64,000 nucleotides of DNA from Mobula hypostoma (taxonomy: Eukaryota): contig NC_086108.1 in assembly GCF_963921235.1 (NCBI RefSeq), positions 73,782,001-73,846,000 of the forward strand, given 5' to 3'. This document shows, in pieces, positions 51,320 to 63,510 of this stretch. Numbering within the stretch: the stretch's first letter is position 1; each line of letters opens with the position of its first letter. The translations under genes and the position numbers were made by a program. Below the pieces are notes generated by a model. That model ran no database searches and was not told the DNA's origin. It was given only the letters and a program-made list of their open reading frames with translations.

Positions 51320-52400
51320 AGGTTTTGATAGTTTCCTGATTGGTTGGCGCATCAAGGGATATGGTGAGAGGACCGGTGTATCGGTTGAATGGAATCCGGG
51401 ATCAGCCATGATGAAATGACAGAGTGAACTCGATGGCCTGAATGGCCTAATTCTGCTCCCGTGTCATATGGTCTTATGATGTGGGTATTACTGAGCTGTA
51501 GTTGAGAAAAAAATCATAGCTGGGAGCTTAACGTCCAAGGATACACTTTATATAAAAAGGACAGGCAGGTAGATAGAGAGGGTGGGGTGGCCCTGCTGGT
51601 AATATTGAAATCAAATTCTTATATAAAGAGATGACATACGTTACAAAGATGTAGAATTCTTGTAGGTAGAGTTAAGAAACAGCAAGGGTAAAAACTCCCT
51701 GATGGGAGTTATACACAGGCCTCTGTATAGTGTGTTCGTCCATCGTCGACGTCGATGAGGACCTCGACACCATTACGATGGTGTCAAGACTAGCGCGTGA
51801 TTTGGATTTAAGTGAGGGAGAGTTGCACAGCGTCAGCCTCACTCTCTCTTCCCAATTCCCATCTGGATCCAGTGGCAAAACAGAGTTGAGACGGCTGGAG
51901 ATGGGACTAGGCACAGTGGATGACCAGGACGTCTTCTGTGTCTTGTCCTGCTCTACACATTCCACGACGCTTGCAGAGACTGCCTTCTTGACCATTGGAC
52001 TTTCCATTGGTCTGTATAGTAGCCAGGATGGGGGATACAAATTACAAAGAAACATAGAGAAAACATGTAAAAAGGGCAATGTTACTAGTGATGGGGAGTT
52101 TCCATCTGCAGAAAGAATGGGAAAATCAGGTTAATGCTGGATCTCAAGAGAGGGAACTTGTAGAAAGCCGATAAGATGGGTTTTTAGAGCAGCTTGTGGT
52201 TGAGCCCCTCGGGGCAAAGGCAATTTTGAATTGGGTGTTGTGTAATGAACCAGATTTGATGAGGGAACTGAAAGTAAAGGAACCCTTAGGAGATAGAGAT
52301 CATTATATGATAGAATTCACCCTATAATTTGAGAGAGAGAAGATAAAGTCAGATGTATCAACATTACAGTAGAGTAAATGTAATTACAGAGGCATCAGAC
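51320..52400 (+). mobile_element. CR1 3' tail (about 51320-51478) followed by a CR1 endonuclease-region fragment
   Basis: Tail ...ctccgtgtcatatggtcttatg, then GITE, RKDRQ..GGVALL, LMGVI.RP and ILNWVLCNEP-type motifs. Confidence 0.75.
51732..52010 (-). mobile_element. Young 279-bp retroposon insertion, probably an RTE-type 3' end
   Basis: Perfect 10-bp TSD TCTGTATAGT at 51722-51731 and 52011-52020. CpG-rich. Contains GGATTTAAGTGAGGGAGAGTTGCAC...CAGCCTCACTCTCTC, which I recall from RTE-related 3' ends. Confidence 0.75.
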
Positions 52401-52494
52401 CCCCACAATCCAGGCCATGCACTCTTCTTGCCATTACCATCAGCAGGGGCTACAGGAGCCCACACCATCAGATTCAGGAACAGTTATTACCCTA

Positions 52495-53354
52495 TGTTAC
52501 GTGAATACACATAAAATTAAGATGTTTGCTGGCCTGGGCTAGCATCAGTGGCATCAACAGTTGGTCTGCCACCAGCCCTCAGGGGAAGGAGAGATAAGGA
52601 ACAATGGAGCAGCATCTGGAGATGTGTAATGAAGGGATGTGGGAGAGAGAGCTGTCTGGAGCGGCTCCCCCCCTTTGAACCTTGAACTGTTTGAAGTGAT
52701 GGACAGGCGATACCCCAGCAGGGGGATAAAAAGGGACAGGTTCGCTAAGACACACACACACGCCACCCGAGGTAACGAGACCCTGGAAGCGGTACGCTTC
52801 TCACGAGTGGGTGAGAAGTACCAGACAACGACAAGGGTGGAAAGGTACGATCAGCGGGAACCCGGTGTGTGTCCGCCCTTGCCTGGGTGCCGGGTTCACT
52901 GCAGAGGATCGACCGCATCTGGAGGAGGGGTCACAGTCGGTGACCTCAGGTGACATCACCAAGGACCCGCCCAAAAGTTGCTTGTGAGCCATCCCGCCGG
53001 TCTGTGAGTGAAGCTGTGCTGAATGATGAGTTGTTCCTGTTCTCTCTGTCTCTCTTCCCCCACCTTGTCCATCGCCATGGCAACGATTACTGCGAACTGA
53101 ACTACTAACTGGACTGAACTTTGAGTCATTTTGAAATTGGTCATTTACCCCTAGACAACGATAGAGCTTGATTGATGCTGTTATCTTAATTCTGTGCACG
53201 TGTGTTTATCATTGTTGAATTGTTGCATTTATTATCCTTTCGATTACTGTGTTGCTTGTTTCTTTAATAAAACTTTCTTAGTTCTAGTACTCCAGACTCC
53301 AACTGAGTGATCCATTTCTGCTGGTTTGGCAACCCAGTTACGGGGTACGTAACA
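52495..53354 (+). mobile_element. Solo LTR (860 bp), Gypsy- or ERV-like, inserted in a Rex1 3' fragment (about 52400-53465)
   Basis: Termini TGTTACGT...ACGTAACA (TG..CA, 8-bp inverted repeat). 4-bp TSD CCTA at 52491-52494 and 53355-53358. TATA-like GGATAAAAAGG at about 52724 and AATAAA at about 53266. Confidence 0.92.
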
Positions 53355-53464
53355 CCTACAAACCATCAAGCTCCAGAACCAGATGAATAACTTCACTCAC
53401 CTCAACTCTAAAATGATTAAACAACCTACAGACTCTCACTTTAAAGGACTCTACAACTCATGTA

Positions 53465-54200
53465 CCATGACTTCTGGCTCCCCTTTGAGAATGCTATAAA
53501 CCCGATTTGAGACATCTCTGACACCAGCCCCTGGCAGGCAAAATGCCATCTGGGTTTCTTTTTCACGTTCACATAATCTCTAGTCTGCTCCTCTAACAAT
53601 GGAATCCTCTATCAGTACTGCACTCCTCTTCTCCCACCTTCCCTTACGAGTCACAAAGCCAGATCGGTGCCAGAGACCCTGTTGCTCTGTCTTCCCCCAG
53701 CAGGTTGTTCCCACAGCAGTATCCAGAATGGCATACTTATTATTGAGGGGAATGCTCACAGGGGTACTCTGCCTATTAGCACTGGCTGCCCAATCCCTTT
53801 CCCTCCCCTGACAGTCACCCAAGTTCCTCCCTCCTGCAACTCAGGGGTAACTACCTCCCTGTAGCTCCTATTTATCACCTCTTCATTCTCCCATATGAGC
53901 CTAGCTGCATCCCCAGTTCCTTAACATGGTCTCTAAGGAGCTGTGGCTTGATGTACTTTGTGCAGATGTAGTTATCAAGGAGACTAGAGGTCCCCCAGAG
54001 TTTCCACATCTCACACAAAGAACATACCATAACCCTGGTCCCATCCAAGCACACTAGCTATGTACTAATAGACAGAGAGAAATAAATACTAAGTAGAGAC
54101 TTACTTAGAACCTCCGCCTGTTCTTGCCGAAGCTTGTCCTTGCTGAAGCCTGTTGAGCCAAAGACTGCCACTCTAACACTGGCCAATCCCAACAATGACT
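53465..54200 (-). mobile_element. CR1 5' region/ORF1 remnant (SGNH esterase-like)
   Basis: STPVSIPLNNKYAILDT and AVLIEDSIVRGAD (GDSIVRG esterase motif) typical of CR1 ORF1. Confidence 0.78.
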
Positions 54201-56454
54201 CTCCACTTAGACATCCCTTCTTTTCATTGACTCAAATAAAACTCACTCCCAAAGTGACTTGTTCTTTTCACATAGCTCCACCTTGCAACAACGTCTCTCT
54301 CTCAATCGCTACTTCAAATTAGGATACCCATTCTAGTCTACCTTTCTGTTTTAATGCATTTTAATGGCAAAGTATATCACATTAAAAACAGTAGAACTTC
54401 TACTATAGGTTAATATCCCAGATCTGCATTAATAAAAAAAATAAGTGCCTGAAAACATTAAGATTAACAAGGACAAAAACTTGAAAGCAGATCACCTGCC
54501 TCTGATCTGTAGATAACAATGATCCATTCAATAACAGAAGTAGGATCAAATTTTGAATTTAAAAAATAATTTGGAAATATTTTAAATATATGCCAAACTT
54601 GTTACCAAAATGGATTTTTTGCATTCATTTGTTGAATTGTATGCCAGAATCCATACCCACCGATGTAGACATATTTGTGTAAACCATATGCTCAAGTCCA
54701 AGTGCACTGCAGTGCATAAAAACTAACTCAGCTTAAATGGCATTCCATAATACTTCTCATCAGACCTGCTTCTTTTCCAGATCTATTATATTAGTGTGAC
54801 CATTAACCCCTTTATAATGTTTCCATGTCTGAGATCCAAGTCTCACAACATTGTTAGGAGAATTCAATGGTGGAATTAGATCCCAGATTAACAAAAGGAA
54901 GGATTACGAGTGTTCTGATAATAAAGGAAAGTTGGCTGGCAGTGGCAAATATGAGTGAGGAGAAAATCTGAAAGACATTTTTTTCAATTTTTATCAAATG
55001 TACCTGCTTTGCCTTCAAATAACTTGATAGCTGCAGCTGTTCATGTGGACCAAGGTCTAGAAAAGACTATGGGAATTAATATACGATACCTACAGACTAT
55101 CATAGTAGTCTATAACATGGAATAAAATTTCTCATAATACTTGTTTCAACTGGTCATGAATTAAAAATATTTCAAGAAAATCTTTAGTGATATGCATAGA
55201 TTTAAAAAAACAATCAATGAATTTTCCTGACGCTAAAACTGCTACTTAGGCTAATCCCCAATTTCATTTCAAGAGGTTGGAAAACAAATTTCAATCACAA
55301 TTTTTCGCACAAATTAATTGTAGTAGATAATGTGTAACCTGCACTCTTAAAAGAGAAAGCTGGAATACTTAGAAGACTGAGAAACATGAAACCTTGCAAT
55401 AAATGGTATAATTGGTGATAAATATAGCCTTTTTAACATAAAGATAGGCTTCATTTACCAGTCTGCATAAAATACAGTCATACTGCCAGTATATTTACAA
55501 CAATTAAAAGTTGAATTGAGAAGAACAGAAGTGATTCATATGTCAAATGCCACAGGATTCCTGTAGAGGGTGTAGAGGGCATCACACACTGAATTTCAAT
55601 AATCATCCACAGTGTACACTGAGAAATGCAAATTGCTAGGAGTAAGGTGAATGCCAGTGTTATTCATTTCCAGCTGACTTCAAGATCCAATCTGCTTTGT
55701 TATTTATTTAGAATTAAGAAGAAAATAGGAAATCCTGAGGAAAGGAGATTATAAAAATTGAAAAAACAATGAGATTAAAACTGTACTTTCCTTTTCGTAT
55801 ACAGTAGGCATCATACCAAACAATCGGTAATTCTTCATTAAATGATGGAAGAAATTGAAGTGTTCAAAACATTTAACAAAACATTTTGTGAAAGATAAGA
55901 AAACTAAATTCCTGAAGGAACTAAAAGCCTCTTACACCTTCTTGGCATTTTCCTATAAATAGCAAACAACCAAATAAGCAGTGTTTGGAAAAGGAAGAAA
56001 GTAACTACATGGACTAAAAGTATTACATGATAGAGGAAGTACAAGTCATGAGCAGGGCTTCGCCATCATTTAAAAAGGGAACATTCTATGAATCTTATCT
56101 CCTTACTCTACTTAGTTCTCCATCACCATTCATGGCTGTAAGTGGCAAAACAACAGAACTCTGATTTGACCACATTTAGGGAATGATCTAGCTTTATCTT
56201 TTGCAACCCACATCCACTGACTAGCAAGCTAGACAGTGAGAATACAGATTGAAGCTGTATATATTTCTGCTGCTCATGTATAGATCCATCTGCAGCAAAT
56301 GGCTTAATAAGAAAGAGGTCAACTAGGTTTTGACACATCAGATAATCTCATCACAAACTCAGCCGGAAAGCAATGTCCTTCATAGCTTAGTCACTTCACT
56401 CAATGGTAGTTCATTTGTCATTCATTGTGCGTCTTTCAAAAGGTATTCAACATC

Positions 56455-56580
56455 AACAAGACAAAATCTGCAGATGCTAGAAATCAATGTAAGACACAAA
56501 ATGCTGGAGGAACTCAGCAGGGCAGACAGCATCTACAGAAAAAGTAGACAAACGGCATTTCAGGCTGAGACCCTTTCAGC
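56455..56580 (-). mobile_element. Penelope terminal fragment with hammerhead remnant
   Basis: tctgcagatgctagaaat...aaaatgctggaggaactcagcagg...catttcaggctgagaccctt. Confidence 0.75.
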
Positions 56581-57069
56581 TCACCGTGTCTGTGCCATTT
56601 TAAAAAAAGCACTCCAACCTAATTACACCTCTAGCACTAGGAACATGCAAGTTGTAACTCTTCAAGTATGGACACCAGTAAATAAGTCCTTCCAATGCAT
56701 ACAGGCCCTTTGGGTTGATCAAGTCTGCTCTCAGTTGCTCCAAAGAAAACAACCACAGCTTTTCCCATTTTACTTCATCGCTACAGCTTTCCACTCCAGG
56801 CAATGTCAGCCAAAATCTCTTTTGCACCCTCTTCAGACCTGTACTAATGCTCAAGATATGATCGAACCAGTGTTGACTACAGTTCTAATGTGACTCCGCA
56901 GTCTTTAATTCTTTTTCTTGGCTAATAAAACAGAACAATCCACATGACTTTCTAATCCTTTATTGTCTACATCCTCAAGAATCTATTGATCGCCAAACTC
57001 ATTTTTTCTCTGCACACTCAATAACCTATTTATTGTATGCTCCAAATGCTTTAATTAGATTAGTTCTAG

Positions 57070-57450
57070 TTCAAGTTTATCATTCATTCGCACACATGTA
57101 TACAGCTAAATGAAACAGCATTCCCCTAGGGCCAAGGTGCAAAACACAGTACATACAGTCACACACAGCACATACGTTATAGCTATGACAGCAAATACAG
57201 TCACAAAAAATTAATACTAACACACCTGAAAGGCATGGCCTGAAGATTGATAGTGCATGGATGTTGTCCTGCAGCCAAGTTTCTGCTGCAACAAGTATGT
57301 AGCAATTCCTCATCTTATGCTGCGTCAGCCGCAAGTGAAGGCAATCCAGTTTGCTTTCCAGAGAGCTAGCACTGAGAAGAAGGGCCAGCCGCCAAACCAG
57401 CACAGATTCCAGCACGCCCACTATGCTCCAGGGCATCAGCTGTAACAGGC
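57070..57450 (-). mobile_element. Internally deleted LINE: endonuclease N-terminus joined to a 3' tail
   Basis: SLESKLDCLHLRL...NCYILVAAETWLQDNI directly followed by a Rex1-like 3' UTR ending gataaacttgaact. Confidence 0.6.
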
Positions 57451-58178
57451 AACGCTACGGCATAAGGATGTGGTTCACACAACAACTGAGGTCACACAGC
57501 TCTCCTGCTAATGTATTCTATATTACTAATGTTTAACAGGGTCTTGCAATCAAAAAGAAAATGTTTAAGACAAAATTTGGCACATTTGAATTGCACACTG
57601 CTTCCAACGCCTTCTTCCCTGCATAGCTGTGGCAGGCGATGACACAGTATGCAGTTAGCCTCTGCTGTTCAGCTTATCCAGCAACTCACAAGTGAGGTGA
57701 ACTTAAGTACTTGTGCTCTTATTATCCAGCAGTGTCTTGTGACCATAAAAAAGACGTAAAGGACGAACAATTACACCAATGGTTGAACCTGGAGAGGCCG
57801 CTGTGACCAAGTGTGCCACCATATTACCGGATTAGATTCCAGATACTTTTCTGCCCAACTAGCTTAAATCTTTGAAGTCTGAAGCTTTCTCCCTTAGCAT
57901 CAACCACAAAATTATTTTCAGTACCATCTTCAATCTTTTGTATCCTGCTCAATATTGAATCTAAAGCATTACTATATCCATCAACTATTAGCCTCCACTA
58001 TTGTAGTGAGCCAAAGTTTAGATTCAAGCTCATGGGTTGCTGTTTTTTTTTTAATTTCAGGTTTATTGCCATGGGCATAGAAACCCAGTGTATAAATGAC
58101 ATGAAAATTTGTTTCTTGCAGCAACACAGTACATTTACCAGCTTGTCATGGTGAGTCTTAAAGCTTCATCTAAACTCA

Positions 58179-58290
58179 GGCTACGTCCACACAGGACCGG
58201 ATAAATCCGTAACCAAAGCTTTTTCTCTTTGTTTTGACCCTCCGTCCACAGTGAAACAGCATTTTCCTCCCCCAAAAACGGAGCTTTTCA
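58179..58290. mobile_element. Possible PIF/Harbinger-type terminal sequence (one end only)
   Basis: GGCTACGTCCACAC followed by a repeated CGTCCACA and GAAAC/AAAACG sub-terminal motifs. No matching second TIR was found. Confidence 0.45.
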
Positions 58291-58844
58291 ATATTTCATA
58301 CTTGAGGTCCTTAGCAGCAGAATCACTTTCATTCTCTGCCTTTGTGAAGTTAGCTGCAAAGTATTCAATTTGCATATCTTTGCAACTCACCAGTTGACTT
58401 TTGGGCCTTTATGGATCGTACTGTTTCCCAAGTATTTCGTTGATTTTGCACTTGAAAAACATTGCTGGATTTACTTTGATTTTACAAACGTATTTGTCAG
58501 TATTGTTTCATATTCTCAGTATTTCTATTTTTAATGTAACTTTCTACACTTACTATAACTTCTCAGGCTTTCTGACATACAAGGCTCTTGGTTTCATATA
58601 CATGTTGGTTATCGACCATCGTACTATATAAGCACCTGATCATCTAAAGCAGCTCAAATTCTGAGTCCAACATTTTTTGTGGAATCAAGTTTCCAAAAAT
58701 CCCTGGAATCTCCTTCTCAAGAAATCTCCTATTAATTAAATACTAAATTTCCCTCAAGCAACCGGTTCCAATCCATAAAATCTACTTCTGTTAAATCGCT
58801 CCAGTTTAACAGAAATGGCCTCATGCTCTACTTGCTTTATATCT

Positions 58845-59745
58845 TTGAATGTGTAGCTAAGTACAAATCTAATGCCATATTTAAGTTTGCTGATGACATC
58901 CTTGTTGTTGGCTGAATCATAGGTGATATCCAATTGGTATACAGGAGGGAGATTGAAAGTCTAGTTGAATGGTGCCACAGCAACAATCTCTCACTCGTCA
59001 CCAGCAAAAGCAAAAAGCTGATTATCAGTGACAAAGAGAAAGACGCTAGATGTCTATGAGCCAGTCCTCATTAGGGGATTGGAAGTGCAGAGGATCAGTA
59101 ACTTCAAATTCACTGGCATTACTGTATCAGTTGGCAGGACCAGCACATAACGTGCCATTACCAAAAAGGCATGAAGCACCTCTACTTTCTTAGAAGTTTA
59201 AGTAGATTCAACATGTCACCTAAAACTTTGCCAAACTTCAATAAATGAACAGAGGAGAGTATTCTGACTGATTGTATTACTGCCTGATATGGAAACACCA
59301 ATACCCAAGAATGCAAAAAAAATCTGTAGAAGATGTTAGATACAATCAGGTCCATCACAGGCAAAGCCCTCACCACTATGGAGCATATTTACAAAGAATG
59401 CTGCCACAAGAAAGCAGCACCCATCAAGTACCCCCACCATCCAGGACATGCACTCTTCTCGTTATTACCATCGGCAGGGACTATAGGAGCCCACACCACC
59501 AGATTCAGGAACAGTTATTACCCAACAACTATCAGGCGCCTGAACCAGATGGATAACTCACCTCAATAAACCAATTAAACAACCTACAGTCTCACTTTGA
59601 AGTATTCTACAACAACTCATGCTCTCACTATTTTTCATAATTTCTATTGTATTTATTTATTCTCCTGTAAATGCCTGCAAGAAAATTAATTGCAAGGTGA
59701 CAAAGACATGCCTACTTTGATAATATATTTACTTTGAATTTAACT
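58845..59745 (+). mobile_element. Rex1/Babar-type LINE 3' fragment
   Basis: KFADD at about 58885, LYFLRSL, KAAPIKYPHHPGHALFSLLPS, RFRNSYYP. Confidence 0.85.
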
Positions 59746-60919
59746 TTTTAACTTTCTCTTCTATTTTATCTGAACTTTTTCAACATTATTCTAAATTTAA
59801 ATTTAACTGAACTATGATGATCACCAGCAAAAAGGCTGCATTTTCTAAAAGAAAGAAATGAATTGCAGTCCTTCCAGTCCTGAAACACACTAGCAGAAAA
59901 TGTTCTCCAGAAAAAGATGTGAAGAACTCTGTGCCCTCAATCTTTTATGCTGACTGTCCAACAGCCGGAAAGAGTCCTCAGAGATCTGAGTAAATGAGCT
60001 AGGCCAAAACTGGTTTACAAAAACAACTGCATCCTGACTGGTTCCATTTGGCAAAGCAATTCAAACGCACAGGAATGTAAGAAGCTGCTACTTCCCTTCA
60101 ACTATTCAGTTCTTGAACCAACTGGCACAATGCTAACAACTACAGTTTAGCAACACTATGACTGCTTTGATCATTTTGCACTAAAATGGGCATTTTTTGT
60201 TCTATGTTCTTTCTTGTAAAAATTGTGTATTATTTTTGTTTAATTTTATGTTTGTCATATGAGTGGTGCTTATTTAATCCTATGCACCTTTAATGCTGCA
60301 GTTGGTACGTTTTACATTGCAACCATGCATACTTGAGTCTATGACAATAACCTCAGCTTTGACTAAAGGTATCATGAACACTTTTATTTTAGGAAAACAC
60401 CAGGTTCTTGTCATGTAACTCAGTAACAGAATTTTTAAATAATTAATCATGCGTGTTAACAATAATTAATTGGTGGTTTCAATTTTCATTGATGTATTGA
60501 ATTATTATACTTGAAAATGTCTCAAATCCAGAAAGGAGTTCTGTGGACTTCAGTATTTGGCATACACACAATCCATCCTACATGTTAGTAAAAAACATGT
60601 TAGTACACTTACGAATATAAAATCAGCACTAATATATTCCTCAGTTGCTGATGAAGTATTCCTCCATATAGCACCTTAAAGAAGCACTGTCAGTAGCAAG
60701 GGCACAGAGATCCTGCCATGAATACACATGATAAACCTTCTTGACCTCGTCCTCACCAATTCACCCAGAGCAGCTGCACCTTTCCATGGCAATGCTGGTT
60801 GTGAGAGAATAAGGAACAATACTCACAGGGACAAAGTTGCACATTCAAACCAAGGATGGACTCTCACTTCATTGTACTAAAAGGGATAGGGCAGGGCACC
60901 ATGATAGCATAGATGTGGG

Positions 60920-61448
60920 ATTGAGTTTAAGAGCCGAGAGACAATGTTACAGCTATAAAGGATCCTGGTCACCTCACTACAGGAAGGATGTGGAAACTAT
61001 AGAAAGGGTGCAGAGGAGATTTATAAGGATGTTGCCTGGATTGGGGAGCATGCCTTATTAGAATAGGTTGAATGAACTCAGCCTTTTCTCCTTGGAAGAG
61101 CGGAGGATTAGAGGTGACCTGATAGAGATGTATAAGATGATGAGAGGCATTGATCGTGTGGATAGTCAGAGGCTTTTTCCCAGGGCTGATATGTGGCTTC
61201 TCGTGTTAGCCAGTGTTAAAGGTGTTTGGAAGGAAGCACAGAGGAGATGTCAGGGGTAGGTTTTTTCACGCAGAGAATGGCGAGTGCGTGGAATGGGCTG
61301 CTGGCAACAGTAGTGGATAGGTACATGGAGCTTAGAAAAATAGAGGGCTATGGGTGACCCTAGGTAATTTCTAAAGTAAGGACATGTTCGGCAGAGCATT
61401 GTGGGCCAAAGGGCCTGTATTGTGCTGTAGGTTTTCTATGTTTCTATA
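60920..61448 (+). mobile_element. CR1 LINE 3' end (young subfamily)
   Basis: WSPHYRKDVETIERVQRRFIRMLPGL, LFSLEERRIRGDLIEMYK; tail ttttctatgtttctat. Confidence 0.9.
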
Positions 61449-62539
61449 CTGCTGCAGTATACAAGACTCACTTTCCAGAACAAGGTGCAATATTAGTCAA
61501 TCTGCTGTAATACACCTACAATGACCTGACAATGTTTTACTGTTCACTGAAAGGAGAACAAATTCAATTCAACAAATTACCACCCAATCAATCCACTCAC
61601 AATCAGCAGCAAAGGGAAGGAGAGAGTAATTGATATTCTATTAAACATCTTAGTCCCCTTTCACCAGCTCATTAGAGCCCAGTTATGAATCACTAGCATC
61701 ACTTGATTGAAAATCAGACCAAAGAGCTACATGCAAAGATTGAAGTGAATACGACGGCTCTAGACATCAGACAGAATTTGGTCAACTGTTGCACCAAGTA
61801 CCTCAAGTAAAACAATTCAACAAAAATGAAATGAGAAAACAGTGATGGTTATTTTCATACGTCATACAAAGGAAGATGGGTGTAGATACTGAATGTGAGT
61901 TCTCCCAGCACCAGAATACAAATGCAAGAATCTCTCACGGTAGTGTCCTAGATCCAACCATCTGCAACTACTTCATCAAAAACCTTCTTTCCATCACAGG
62001 ATCAGGATGTTAACTGATGACTGCACAATATTCAATTCTATTTACAACTTATCTGTCTATGCCTGTCTGCAGAAAACCAATATAACTCTACAGCAAAGAT
62101 AGGCAAGTAACAAGTAAGCATTGAATCATAAATGAGCCAGGCAATGACTATCGCCACAAGAGAGAGTCTAAGTGCTCATCTCTGACATGGGTTTGGGATC
62201 CATCCTATGTTTTATTTTAATTTATAGGATAAGGAAGCTGCTGGCATTTCTATTTCAGTCTGAACGTTTATGATCCTGGTCAATCTTCAGAATGCAATCT
62301 TAAGAAATTTATAATTTTTATCACATAGCAAACACAAAATTGATTCTAAGATACATAGTCATTAGGTAACTGAATTTATAATCCAAAAGACTAGATAAAT
62401 AATCTGACATTATCCCTCCACAACAGCTTGCAAATTTGAGTATCACTAACTATTAAAATCTAGAAAATGGATAGTCATGGCTGTAAAGCTCACTGTAAAA
62501 TTATGAGTATGGTTAATAAATTTGGAGACAACTTGCAAA

Positions 62540-63510
62540 TTTGTGGTCATCGATAGTGAAGGTGGTTATCCAAGGACACAGTGGGACATAATTCAACTAG
62601 AAAGTTGGGCAGATGTGGGCAGATGAAATATAAAATGCATGATATAATGCAGTTCGGGCAGTCAAATTCTAGTAAGGCAATTAGAGTAAATGGGGGAGGG
62701 GGTTTAGAGGTATTTATGTACAGAGACACCTTAGGATGCAAATCCACTGCACTTTTAAAGTGTTTTCACAAGTGTTTAAGAGAGTGAAAAGCATTTGGCA
62801 TGCTTGTCTTCATAACCCAAGGCATTTAGTGGAAACACTGGTACAATATTGTGCAAAAGTCTCAAGCACATACACACAAAATACATAAAATTACTACAGT
62901 ACTATGTGAAAGTCTTAAGCACCCTGGCTATATATACGTGCCTAAGACTTCTGCACAGAACTGCACGTCACGTTGCAGTTGCACAAAGCGTTAGTTAGTC
63001 CACACTTAGGTATTATGTACAGTTCCAGTTACCACACTACACTAATGGAGAAATTATAAAAGAGATTCAGCAGAATGTTACCAGGAATGGAGAACTGAAA
63101 TTCCAGGAAGAGATCAGATAGGTTGGGTTTATTCATTTGGAATATAGGAGGCTGAGTGGTAATCTTATGGAGGCTAATAAAATTATGAGGGTGTTAGATA
63201 TGATAGATAATCAGAATCTTTTTCCTCAGGAAAGGGAAGTTTAGAACTGGAGTGCACAGGTTAGAGGTGAGAGTAGAGAAATTTTAAGGAGATCTGCTGG
63301 GTAAGATTTTCACATAAGCAATAGCAAATAAATAGAACAAGTTGCCAGAAGAAGCACTAAATGTAGATACAATCACAACATTTAAAAGACATTTGGGTAA
63401 TTACTTGATTAGGAAAAAGCTAGATGGTTACAGACCTAATGCGGGTAAACTGATCTAGTATAGATGGGCATTAGGGTCAGCAGGACGAGGTGAGCCCATT
63501 TTTGTACTGC
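62540..63510 (+). mobile_element. Old CR1 3' fragment
   Basis: WADKWQM-like, KAFGMLVFI and R.L.G.L.E.KIMRV motifs, all degenerate. Confidence 0.7.
62844..62963. mobile_element. Tiny Tc1/mariner-type MITE (62897-62963) plus an extra copy of the left TIR (62844-62869)
   Basis: ta|CAGTACTATGTGAAAGTCTTAAGCAC - about 15 bp - GTGCCTAAGACTTCTGCACAGAACTG. The upstream ta|CAATATTGTGCAAAAGTCTCAAGCAC is the same TIR. Confidence 0.65.

Noticed and set aside
56330..56893. 187-aa plus-strand ORF
   Set aside because: It runs across a Penelope terminus and an antisense CR1 fragment and has no coherent protein signature.
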